Origin: Chloroflexota bacterium
GTDB lineage: Bacteria; Chloroflexota; Limnocylindria; Limnocylindrales; CSP1-4
Length of the DNA: 64,000 nt
Direction: 5' to 3'
Assembly (NCBI GenBank): GCA_016781485.1
Contig: JADDQH010000001.1
Location: 2,062 to 66,061 of the forward strand
The position numbers and the translations under genes were made by a program. The notes beneath the pieces were generated by a model that was not told where the DNA came from, searched no databases, and saw only the letters and a list, made by a program, of their open reading frames with translations. The stretch's first letter is position 1, and every line of letters starts with the position of its first letter. Positions 8,526 to 16,636 of the stretch are shown one piece after another.

Positions 8526-9034
8526 TGGACAGGCTGGTGCAGGACGACGAGGAAGCGCGCGACGCGTTCCTCGCCCGGCTGGTCGCCGTCGAGGACCGGC
8601 TCGCCAGACTGGCTGCCGCCGATGCGGCCGGCCTCACCGACCCGGACCCCGACACCGGCGAACGATGGGAGCCCGGGCAGGTCTGGGCGCACATGGCGGA
8701 GTTCCCGGGCTACTGGCTGAGGCAGATCCGGCGGATCCTGAACCGGCCGCTTCCCGAGCCGGTCCCGTTCGGGCGGGTCAAGACCGATCCGGGGCGCATC
8801 GACGGGATCGAGCAGTCACGGCGGGAACCGGTCGCGGAACTGCATCGGCGAGTCGTGGCGGCGGTCGAAGAGCTCGAGGACTTCCTGGCGAGCCTTCCAC
8901 CCGAGCGATGGTCGGCGCTCGGCACGCATCCGACCCTCGGCGAGATGGACATCCCGGCGATCGTCAGACGCTTCCTGATCGACCATCTCGAGGAGCACGT
9001 CGAGCAGCTCGAAGCGCTGCAGCACCGGCGCTGA
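8525..9034 (+). CDS. DinB/YfiT-fold (MDMPI_N-like) metal-binding protein
   Basis: ATG overlaps the hmgA stop (TGATG). His56 (WAHMAEF) plus H154-x3-H158 (HLEEH) match the DinB-type His triad spacing. Four-helix-bundle-like composition. Confidence 0.7.
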   Translation: MDRLVQDDEEARDAFLARLVAVEDRLARLAAADAAGLTDPDPDTGERWEPGQVWAHMAEFPGYWLRQIRRILNRPLPEPVPFGRVKTDPGRIDGIEQSRREPVAELHRRVVAAVEELEDFLASLPPERWSALGTHPTLGEMDIPAIVRRFLIDHLEEHVEQLEALQHRR

Positions 9035-9036
9035 GC

Positions 9037-9891
9037 CTACCCCGGCGCGCGCTCCCTGCGGGTCTCCTGCTCGAGCTGCGCGCCCAGTTCTTCCGTTCGC
9101 CGGAACGCCGCCCAGACGGCCTCCGACAGCACGGTCCTCAGGCGGCCCGACTCGAGCTCGTGCAGGGCCGCCGCGCTCGTGCCGCCGGGTGACGTGACCA
9201 TGTTCCGCAATTGCGCCGGGTGGAGGCCGCTCTGCTTCGCGAACAGCGTGCTGCCCTCGAGCGTCTCGATCACGAGGTCGTGGGCGACGTGCCGTGGGAA
9301 GCCGAGGTGGACGGCGGCGTCGATCAGCGCCTCCATGACCAGGAAGACGTAAGTCGGACCGGTCCCGCTGACCGCGGTCGCCATCCCGACGAGCTTCTCG
9401 TCGTCGACCGCCAGCTGTGCCCCGAGGGATCCCAGGAGGGCGCGCGCCTGATCACGCTGCGCGTCCGTCACCTCCGGGGTCGCGTACCACACGGTCATGC
9501 CCTTGCCCAGCTGTGCGGGCGTGTTCGGCATGCTGCGCACGATCTGCCGATGGCGCAGCGCGTTGCCCAGCGCGGTCGTCGTCGCGCCGGCCATGATGCT
9601 GATGACGAGCTGACCGTCACGTAGCCCGTCCGCGACCTCGCGCCCGACGCGCACGAGCATCTGCGGCTTGATGGCGAGCACGACGAGGTCCGCGCACTCC
9701 ACCGCGGCGGCATTCGACTCCAGCGTCCGGACGCCGTAGTCGCGCGCGAGCTCGGCCCGCCGATCCGCGCGGGGGTGGCTCGCGACGATCTGGTCCGGCC
9801 CCACCTGCTCGCCGTTCAGCAGCCCGGCGATCATCGCCTCGGCCATCACGCCCGAGCCGACCGTCGCGATCGTGAGTCCCGTCAAGGGCAT
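9037..9891 (-). CDS. proC: pyrroline-5-carboxylate reductase
   Basis: Rossmann start (IATVGSGVMAEA), MPNTPA, SPGGTSAAAL. ATG 9891 is in frame within track ORF 9037..9969. Confidence 0.9.
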   Translation of the reverse strand: MPLTGLTIATVGSGVMAEAMIAGLLNGEQVGPDQIVASHPRADRRAELARDYGVRTLESNAAAVECADLVVLAIKPQMLVRVGREVADGLRDGQLVISIMAGATTTALGNALRHRQIVRSMPNTPAQLGKGMTVWYATPEVTDAQRDQARALLGSLGAQLAVDDEKLVGMATAVSGTGPTYVFLVMEALIDAAVHLGFPRHVAHDLVIETLEGSTLFAKQSGLHPAQLRNMVTSPGGTSAAALHELESGRLRTVLSEAVWAAFRRTEELGAQLEQETRRERAPG

Positions 9892-10485
9892 GGCCGCGAG
9901 TATACCGACGCTCTTTCCTCGTTCCGCAGGCCTTGGTCGCGCGTCCCAACGCGATCGCGCGACTCGCACCCGTCTGCTCGAACCCCCACCGCATCGCGCT
10001 CGGACGCTCGCCCACCTCGGCCGAATGACGTAGCAGCGCCGGCAGCGCGGACGGCGGCGACGGGTCGGACTGCCGACACATCTCTAGTCGAAGGAACGAT
10101 GGCGCGGGCCTCCGGAACGGGCACGATGGACTCCGTTCCACGAGACCAGGGGCGCCGTCAACGACGGCGGATCTCCGTACCGGGAGCCGGGGTTCGGTCC
10201 CCTGCGGACTGACCCACGATCACCCGACGCGGACAGCGTCACGACGAGTGGGGCTGCGGCCAGCGATGGCGCAACGGCAGGAAAGCGATCTGATCCTGGA
10301 GGCGAGACGGCGTGAACGGGAGCTTTCGGAGCGAACGTCCCGGGCTCGTGCCATCGGAAGGCACGACCGTGCCGTCCTTCTTCCCGCCTTCTAGTCACGG
10401 GCAGCCCTCGCCGCCACACGAGCACGGTTCGGATCTGTGATCCGAGAGACTCGATCTCGGGGAACAGCGGAACGGAGGTAGGTCG

Positions 10486-10635
10486 GTGAGATCGAAGCGG
10501 ATCCTCGCTCGGTTCGCAGCGGCGACCGATGCGGCGGCAGCGTTCCCAGCGGTGGCGGCCGCCGGGTTCTCAGCCGGCACCGGTGCCGCCGGGCCAGCCG
10601 CCGACGCGTCCCCGCGCCGGGCTGCGAGCGCCTGA
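10486..10635 (+). CDS. possible small Ala-rich, signal-peptide-like ORF (49 aa)
   Basis: GTG with GGAGG 7 nt upstream, GC3 about 80%. Sequence MRSKRILARFAAATDAAAAFPAVAAAGFSAG... No family recognised. Below the ORF-track cutoff. Confidence 0.25.
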   Translation: MRSKRILARFAAATDAAAAFPAVAAAGFSAGTGAAGPAADASPRRAASA

Positions 10636-10670
10636 ACGGCACGCGAGAGAGATCGGGCTGAGGGGCCGAG

Positions 10671-11186
10671 ATGCTCGAACTGGCCGTCACACCCGACCCG
10701 CGGCGCGGCCTCGCTCCGCGTCCGCTCCGGGACCCTTCTCCGCGCGTCGCATGCGGGATCGATGCCGAGCTGGAGCACCGGCTCCGGACGGAGCCGATCA
10801 TCTGGATCAGCTCCACGCGCCCTGACCGGCTACCTCACCTAGTGCCGCTGTGGTTCAGCTGGGACGGTGATGCGATCTGGATCTTCAGCAAGGCCGACGC
10901 TCAGAAGATCCGCAACGTCCGCCATGGCTCCTCAGTGATGCTCGCTGTCGGCAGCGCGCATCCGGAGTTCGACGTGGAGCTGCTAGAGGGGAAGGCGGAG
11001 GTCCTGGACGTTTCTACGGCGGCCGTCATGCCCGCGATCCACGTCGAGAAGTACCGCGACGCGATGTCACGCGCAGGCCTGACCCCGGAGCTCTACGCCC
11101 AGCGCTACACCCAGCCCGTCCGGATCACACCGTCGCGCGTCCTCGATTGGCACGCGCGGGAGCTTTCGAGCAGAGGGAGTCGCTAG
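10671..11186 (+). CDS. pyridoxamine 5'-phosphate oxidase-like (split-barrel flavin/deazaflavin) protein
   Basis: Pattern PHLVPLWFSWDGDAIWIFS...KIRNV...SVMLAV. GAGGGG upstream of the ATG. FMN versus F420 specificity cannot be decided from sequence alone. Confidence 0.7.
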   Translation: MLELAVTPDPRRGLAPRPLRDPSPRVACGIDAELEHRLRTEPIIWISSTRPDRLPHLVPLWFSWDGDAIWIFSKADAQKIRNVRHGSSVMLAVGSAHPEFDVELLEGKAEVLDVSTAAVMPAIHVEKYRDAMSRAGLTPELYAQRYTQPVRITPSRVLDWHARELSSRGSR

Positions 11187-11708
11187 ATGGACCCGTTCCT
11201 CCTGATCGTGCGCATCGTGCACATCTTCGCGGGCGTCTTCTGGGTCCGCGCCGCGCTGACGTTCATCGCGTTCGTCGAGCCGACCGCGAAGGCGCTCGGA
11301 CCCGACAGCCAGCGGTTCATGCAACACGTCGTCAAGAAGCGGCGGTTCCCGGTCTTCATCTCGATCGCCGCGGTGCTCACGATCATCGCCGGGTCACTCC
11401 TCTATTGGCGCGACTCGGGTGGGCTGCAGCTGGCGGGGATCACCTCGCCCAGCGGCCTCGACTTCAGCGTCGGGGCGGTGGCGGCGATCCTCGCGTTCCT
11501 CATCGGGACAGGCGTTACCAGACCGAGCGTGAACCGGCTCGGGCAGCTCGGGCAGGAGATCGCCGCGGCCGGTGCGCCGCCGACCGCCGCGCAGCGCGAG
11601 GAGCTGGAGCGGATAGACCGGCGGATGAGCGCCGCGGGTAGAGCGATCATGGCGTTGCTCACGATCGCCGTCGTCGCGATGGCGACCGCGCGGTATCTCC
11701 CCTCGTAG
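11187..11708 (+). CDS. integral membrane protein (about 4 TM), unknown function
   Basis: ATG abuts the upstream TAG. Hydrophobic helices (VHIFAGVFWV, FISIAAVLTIIAGSLLY, VGAVAAILAFLIG, IMALLTIAVVAMA). Confidence 0.6.
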   Translation: MDPFLLIVRIVHIFAGVFWVRAALTFIAFVEPTAKALGPDSQRFMQHVVKKRRFPVFISIAAVLTIIAGSLLYWRDSGGLQLAGITSPSGLDFSVGAVAAILAFLIGTGVTRPSVNRLGQLGQEIAAAGAPPTAAQREELERIDRRMSAAGRAIMALLTIAVVAMATARYLPS

Positions 11709-11776
11709 GCCAGGACATCGGCCCGCCCGGCGGCACTCGACAGCCCGCCGCGTCGCTGAACCGACGGCGCTGGGTG

Positions 11777-12754
11777 CTATGCGGCCGCGCGCCCCAGCAG
11801 GAAGAACCGTCCCGTGGTCGTCACGGTGGCGTCGCGGAAGCCGGCGCCCAGGAGCGCCGACTCGAGTTCCGATGGGGTGTAGAACACCTTCGGGATCGTG
11901 AACTGGCGGCCGTCCGCCAAGCGCCGGACCGCGAGGTCGCCCGACGGCGGGATCCGGTCGGCGGCGCCTGACTCGGGGTCGTTCAACGAGTCGACGAACG
12001 CGTAGATGCCCCCCGGCTTCAGCCAGCGGTGCGCTACCCGAAGGAATGCGTGTAGTCGGGCTCGGGGAACATGGCTGAGCCAGAAGCCGGTGAACAGGGC
12101 GTCGACCTGACGGTCGGGGTCCGCCCAGGCGTCACGGACGTGGATGTGCGCACGGAGCCGATGCGCGAGGAGCCTCTCCCGCGCCCGGCCGAGCGGTTCC
12201 TCGACCGCGTCGTAGATCGACAGCTCCCCCTTCTGCGCGAGCAACGGCGACCACCAGCCGGTCCCCGCCGCCAACTCCACGATCTCGCCGCGCATCGGCA
12301 GGCTGTCCAGCCACGTCGTCGCGCCGTCCAGTTCCGCCTGCCACGCGAGGTCGCTCATGGACCCGTGGCTGTATCGGCCGCGCCGCAGGTACCAGTCGTC
12401 GTATTCCGGCGCCCGCGCGGCGTAGTAGGCACGCATCTCGGCGTCTGCATCGCGCTGGCCGCGAGAAGGGGCATCCGTCGAAGACGCGCCGGCGGTGGTG
12501 CCGGCAGTAGTGTCAGCCGAAGACGAACCGGCGGTGACCGATGCAGTCCCGGAAGCCGTCGGCTCCGCCGGCAGCGGGTCCGCCCGAGCCCGCTCACCGA
12601 GCGCCGTCCTGAGTCGGAAGCGCAGGAACCCGTTTTCCCCCGCACGCCCGACGCAACCCGGGCATAGTTGTGCCCAGCCCTCGATGTCGTCGGCGGCTCG
12701 CGTCTCGTGCGCGCGGCCGCACCAGAGGCAATCGAACGCGGCTCGGAAGGGCAT
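11777..12754 (-). CDS. class I SAM-dependent methyltransferase with N-terminal CxxC...CxxC module
   Basis: CLWCG...CPGC, Ser/Thr/Ala-rich linker, then the MTase core (EIVELAAGTGWW motif I, ALFTGFWLSHV, PGGIYAFVDS). Confidence 0.75.
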   Translation of the reverse strand: MPFRAAFDCLWCGRAHETRAADDIEGWAQLCPGCVGRAGENGFLRFRLRTALGERARADPLPAEPTASGTASVTAGSSSADTTAGTTAGASSTDAPSRGQRDADAEMRAYYAARAPEYDDWYLRRGRYSHGSMSDLAWQAELDGATTWLDSLPMRGEIVELAAGTGWWSPLLAQKGELSIYDAVEEPLGRARERLLAHRLRAHIHVRDAWADPDRQVDALFTGFWLSHVPRARLHAFLRVAHRWLKPGGIYAFVDSLNDPESGAADRIPPSGDLAVRRLADGRQFTIPKVFYTPSELESALLGAGFRDATVTTTGRFFLLGRAAA

Positions 12755-12806
12755 CGATCGATGCTAGCCGGTGTCTGCCAGCGGCGAGAGGAACGAGGAC
12801 CGGCTC

Positions 12807-13295
12807 CTAGAGATCGCGCACCATCGTCGGATGGGCATCATCACCTCCGACGACCCTGAAGCCGAGCTGTTCGTAGAGCCGCATCGCCCGCTCGTTTCGT
12901 CGACTGACACTCAGGCTCACCGCACGATATCCGCTACCGCGTGCCTCGGTCAGGAGGCCCGCGAGCAAAAGCGTGCCGACTCCCCGTCCTCGCCATCCGT
13001 CCGCGACGGCGATCGCGAGCTCGGGTGTCTGCGCATCCACGAAGCCGTGCCCCGGCCGCTGCGCGGAAAAGCGACGGCACCACGACGCGCCGATCCGCTC
13101 GCCACCGGCCGCGACGGCGATCAGCCCGAGATCCCCTTCGCGGCCCCAGCCCTCCAAATACCGTCCCACGCGCGGATCGACCAGCGCCTCCGCGCCGGAC
13201 GGCCGCGGCTGCAGGTCAGGGGGATAGGCGGCCTCGACGAGCATCTCGGCCAGGAACGGGAGGTCGCTCGCCGTCGCCGGTCGGATCTCGACCAC
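12807..13295 (-). CDS. GNAT family N-acetyltransferase
   Basis: Acetyl-CoA motif A (IAVADGWRGRGVGTLLL), LYEQLGF. Start set at GTG 13295. The alternative ATG 13328 would overlap the upstream gene by 22 nt. Confidence 0.8.
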   Translation of the reverse strand: MVEIRPATASDLPFLAEMLVEAAYPPDLQPRPSGAEALVDPRVGRYLEGWGREGDLGLIAVAAGGERIGASWCRRFSAQRPGHGFVDAQTPELAIAVADGWRGRGVGTLLLAGLLTEARGSGYRAVSLSVSRRNERAMRLYEQLGFRVVGGDDAHPTMVRDL

Positions 13296-13306
13296 GTCAG
13301 GCGCTC

Positions 13307-14236
13307 TCAGATCGTGAGCGGGATCCACCCGTCCGAGGGCGCCTCGTCGATGAACCCATCCGGGTCGAAGAGCTCCGCGAGGAGCGCGATCCCCTCGATG
13401 ACCCGCGGTCCGGGGCGGCTGTAGTACGCAGACCCGTCGAGCGCGAACAGCTCACCATGCCGAACCGCCCGCAGGTCGTCGAACCAGCCGGGCTTGGGCG
13501 TCCGCGACCATTCCGCCGCTGTGGCCGGCGCGTCGAACCCGCAGGGCATCAGGAACAGCTGTTCCGGATCGACCTCGCGCACCGCGTCCCACGTCGTTTC
13601 GCGCGAGCGCTCGCCTTCGCTGCCGAGGAGATCCCAGCCACCGGCCCGTCGGACCTGTTCCGGCACCCAGTGGCCCGCCGCGAACGGAGGGTCGAGCCAC
13701 TCCAGGCAGACGACCCGTCGTGGCGGGACGCCCGAGAGCCGACGCTCCAGTACACGGTTCTCGAGCATGCCGAGGCGCTCGCGGAGGATCTCCAGCAGCC
13801 CGACGGCCTCGTCCTCGGCATCCGCCATCGCGCCGACCGTCGAGATCGTGTTGAAGATCCCCTCGATCGAGGTCGGCTCCAGGCTGACGACCGTGATATC
13901 CGCGTCGATCGCGCGAACCGCGTTCGTCACCTCGCGATAGCTCACGGCGCAGACGTCGCACAGCTCCTGGGTCAGGATGAGGTCGGGTTGTGCGGCCTCC
14001 AGGGCCGCCTGGTCGAGCCGATAGAGCGAGCTCCCCCTGTGGATCGAGCCGCTGACGCGGCCATGGATCTCGCGGCTCGTCGCCCCCGGCACCAGCCCGA
14101 CGTCCGAGGTCAACACGGGAACGTCGAGCGCCTCAGGGGGGTAGTCGCACTCGTGGGTCCGCCCGACGAGCTCATCGCCGAGACCGAGCGCGAAGACGAT
14201 CTCGGTCGCCGACGGAAGAAGGGACACGATCCGCAT
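13307..14236 (-). CDS. BtuF/TroA-like (class III) substrate-binding protein lacking a signal peptide
   Basis: The conserved pattern starts at residue 1 (MRIVSLLPSATEIVFALGLGDELVG..ECDYP). No signal peptide or lipobox. No ABC permease or ATPase nearby. Confidence 0.75.
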   Translation of the reverse strand: MRIVSLLPSATEIVFALGLGDELVGRTHECDYPPEALDVPVLTSDVGLVPGATSREIHGRVSGSIHRGSSLYRLDQAALEAAQPDLILTQELCDVCAVSYREVTNAVRAIDADITVVSLEPTSIEGIFNTISTVGAMADAEDEAVGLLEILRERLGMLENRVLERRLSGVPPRRVVCLEWLDPPFAAGHWVPEQVRRAGGWDLLGSEGERSRETTWDAVREVDPEQLFLMPCGFDAPATAAEWSRTPKPGWFDDLRAVRHGELFALDGSAYYSRPGPRVIEGIALLAELFDPDGFIDEAPSDGWIPLTI

Positions 14237-14315
14237 TCCCGGAGTCTACGGACGCGGATCGGAGGGCGCCTTGGTCTAACCGCGACTCCTCAGCGCGACC
14301 GTCGGCCGCGTCGGA

Positions 14316-14603
14316 TCAGGCGGGTTTCCACTCGTCGATCGTGCTGCGCGCAGAGTCACGATCCTGGTACCAGCGCGCGTCAAGCTCGGCATACTGCGCC
14401 CATTCGGCGGGAAGTGCGTCCTCGGGGTAGATCGCGTTCACCGGGCACTCCGGCTCGCACGCTCCGCAGTCGATGCATTCGTCCGGATCGATGTACAGCT
14501 TGCGGTCGACGCCCTGCTCGAAGTGGATGCAGTCGACGGGGCACACCGACACGCACGACTGGTCCACGACGTCGATGCACGGTTCGGCGATGACGTAGGT
14601 CAT
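14316..14603 (-). CDS. fdxA: 7Fe-type ferredoxin
   Basis: MTYVIAEPCIDVVDQSCVSVCPVDCI...CIDCGACEPECPVNAI, the typical FdxA Cys pattern. Confidence 0.85.
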   Translation of the reverse strand: MTYVIAEPCIDVVDQSCVSVCPVDCIHFEQGVDRKLYIDPDECIDCGACEPECPVNAIYPEDALPAEWAQYAELDARWYQDRDSARSTIDEWKPA

Positions 14604-14701
14604 TCGGACGCTCTCCTCAGTCGGCGGGCCGACCGACGGCCGAGCTTAGTCGGGGGCGGTCGCGCGGCCGATGGTTCCGCATCAAGCCCTGTCCGTGCAT
14701 C

Positions 14702-15241
14702 TTACCCTCGCGCGTCCCGGCCTGGCTCGGTAGGCGGCGCGCCGACGCGCACACGGCGAACCTGGCCGACCATCCCCTCGTCCACATGGCCAGGGATCTG
14801 GCACGCGAGCAGGAGCTCGCCCTGGGCCGGGACCTCGTAGGTGACGCTCGACTGCTCACCTGAGCGGAGATAGACACGGAGCCCCGCGAGCGTGGGTGGG
14901 ACGCTCGCCGGTGGGGGCGTCGCGAAAGGGACGGGCGGGGTCGCAGCGGCCTCGGCGCTCGCCCACGCCGCCTGCACGCCGCGGTCCCCGAGCACGAACT
15001 CGTGGGGCAGCAGGCCGCCGTTGATGATGTTGAAACGGACCGTTTCCCCCGGCACGAGCTCGATGGGAGTCGGCTGGAACACGTAATCGCGCATGATCAC
15101 GTTGACGGGGCGCGGTTCGGCGGCACTCCCGGATCGCTCGAGGGGCCCACGTGGAGCGGATGCCGCACAGCCTGACAGCAGCAGAGACGTGGCGAGGGCC
15201 GCAAGCGCGAGAGTCGCACGGGTCGAAGCCGCCGTCTTCAC
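14702..15241 (-). CDS. cupredoxin (type-1 copper) lipoprotein
   Basis: GTG 15241. Lipobox LLLSGC. Cu ligands His (LPHEF) and C-x4-H-x4-M (CQIPGHVDEGM). Confidence 0.7.
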   Translation of the reverse strand: MKTAASTRATLALAALATSLLLSGCAASAPRGPLERSGSAAEPRPVNVIMRDYVFQPTPIELVPGETVRFNIINGGLLPHEFVLGDRGVQAAWASAEAAATPPVPFATPPPASVPPTLAGLRVYLRSGEQSSVTYEVPAQGELLLACQIPGHVDEGMVGQVRRVRVGAPPTEPGRDARG

Positions 15242-15330
15242 CCGCTGACTCCAGCCAGCGTGCTCCAAAGGCCAGCTGGAAGCGAGCCCGCCTCCGATCG
15301 TCGGTCGTCCTCCCGGGCTATGGAGCGACG

Positions 15331-15531
15331 TCAGCCAGCGCCGACACCGTTCTGCCAGCGGACACCCTGCCATCGGACGCCGGCCGAAAGTGCGTCCGAC
15401 CCATGCACCCCTCCGATGACGACGACCGAGATCAGAAAGACGAGCGCGGCGATGAGCAGGACGACCGCGACCGCGGCGACCGTCGTCCGGATCGATCGCA
15501 GGGACGAAGCGACGAGAATCAAGCTCGACAT
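15331..15531 (-). CDS. small single-TM protein (66 aa)
   Basis: ATG with AGGAGG 8 nt upstream. Strong TM helix (VAAVAVVLLIAALVFLISVVVIGGV). Immediately upstream of the cupredoxin gene. Confidence 0.45.
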   Translation of the reverse strand: MSSLILVASSLRSIRTTVAAVAVVLLIAALVFLISVVVIGGVHGSDALSAGVRWQGVRWQNGVGAG

Positions 15532-15712
15532 GGACGAGACCTCCTGGGGCCCGGTCGGACGGGCGTCACCGGCTGCACCAGTGACCTGATCGCCGCCAGT
15601 CTAAGCGCGCCGGCTTACCCCCGACTTTGTCGGGCGTCTACTCGCCCTTACTTACGGCGTGACGGCCTCTCGTGCGATCTCGCCGCACGCAGCAAACCAG
15701 CCGATGCGCGGG

Positions 15713-16111
15713 TCAGCCGCGCCGGGTCTGGAAGCAGTCGCTGCAGTAGACCGGGCGGGAACCCGTGGGCTGGAAGGGGACCTGAGTAGCCTTGCCGCAT
15801 TCCGCGCAGACAGCGCTGAACATCTCCCGCGGCCGACGCTCGCCGCCGCCGCCGTACCCCGAGCCGCCGAAGCTGCCACGGCCACCCGCTGAGTAGCCAC
15901 CGCCGGAGTAACCACCCGAGGAGCCGCCGTCACCACTGCCGTGTCCGTGACCGCCCGCGTCTGAGCGTTGGGATTTGCGCGCGGAGCGGCAGCTCGGGCA
16001 GCGCTTGGGCGCCTCGGTGAAGCCCCGCTGCGCATAGAAATCTTGCTCACCTGCGGTGAACGTGAATTCCTGCCCGCAGTCGACGCAGGCGATCGTGCGA
16101 TCCGTATACAC
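15713..16111 (-). CDS. double zinc-ribbon protein with Gly/Ser/Tyr-rich low-complexity linker
   Basis: GTG 16111 with GGAGG upstream. N-terminal CVDCG...CPSC ribbon (zf-trcl-like, FTFTAGEQDFYAQRGF), linker GGSSGGYSGGGYSAGGRGSFGGSGYGGGG, C-terminal CAECG...CSDC. Confidence 0.7.
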   Translation of the reverse strand: MYTDRTIACVDCGQEFTFTAGEQDFYAQRGFTEAPKRCPSCRSARKSQRSDAGGHGHGSGDGGSSGGYSGGGYSAGGRGSFGGSGYGGGGERRPREMFSAVCAECGKATQVPFQPTGSRPVYCSDCFQTRRG

Positions 16112-16325
16112 GCGGACGACCTCCGATCGGACGATGTACGAGACCAGGGTCGTTTCGGTACGGCGCCGGCGATGAGCTCGTGCTGCCGGATCAGAGACGT
16201 TGAAAGTCCCATGTGCTGCGTCGACCAGGCGCGTCCCTGAGTCGGCGCGAGGATAGCGACGGCGCCCAACGTCGTCTAGTCCCCCGATCACGATCCCGAG
16301 CTGCGTCCGCTATACCCGCCTCGCG

Positions 16326-16493
16326 TCACATGGAAGGCTCGTAGTCGGGGGCCAGGTACCGCTCGGGATCCTCGTCGAAATCGAGCTTGCACCCCCGCCC
16401 GCAGAAGTAGTAGGTCGTCCCCTGATAGTCGGACGTGAGCTGCGCGTTCTCCGTGTCGACGTCCATGCCGCACACAGGGTCCTTAGCCGTCAT
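16326..16493 (-). CDS. YHS-domain metal-binding protein (55 aa)
   Basis: DPVCGMDV...YYFCGRGCKLDFDEDPERY. ATG 16493 is in frame within track ORF 16326..16682. Confidence 0.75.
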   Translation of the reverse strand: MTAKDPVCGMDVDTENAQLTSDYQGTTYYFCGRGCKLDFDEDPERYLAPDYEPSM

Positions 16494-16558
16494 CTTTTCG
16501 TCCTCGCGTCTCGACCGGCGATCCGCTCGCCGGCACCGTCGTAGGGTCCGAGTGTAGA

Positions 16559-16577
16559 CGGCTCCGGGCGGGAGCCG
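16559..16577 (-). terminator. stem-loop CGGCTCC-gggcg-GGAGCCG between lipoprotein and YHS genes
   Basis: 7-bp perfect stem read directly. On the minus strand it is followed by tctacac. Confidence 0.35.
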
Positions 16578-16636
16578 GCATCCCGAGGCCGATCGGTGAC
16601 CTCGTGAGAGCGTCTCGACATGACGCCGGGGATCCG

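Noticed and set aside
10189-10202. T-arm-like GGGGTTCGGTCCCC suggesting a tRNA or tmRNA 3' end
   Set aside because: I found no complementary acceptor strand, D arm or anticodon arm at the expected spacing. It is probably just a GC-rich hairpin.
10266-10394. 42-codon ATG ORF (MAQRQESDLILEARRRERELSERTS...) in the proC-upstream gap
   Set aside because: GC3 is only about 70%, against about 85-90% in the genes I checked. No SD. Likely non-coding.
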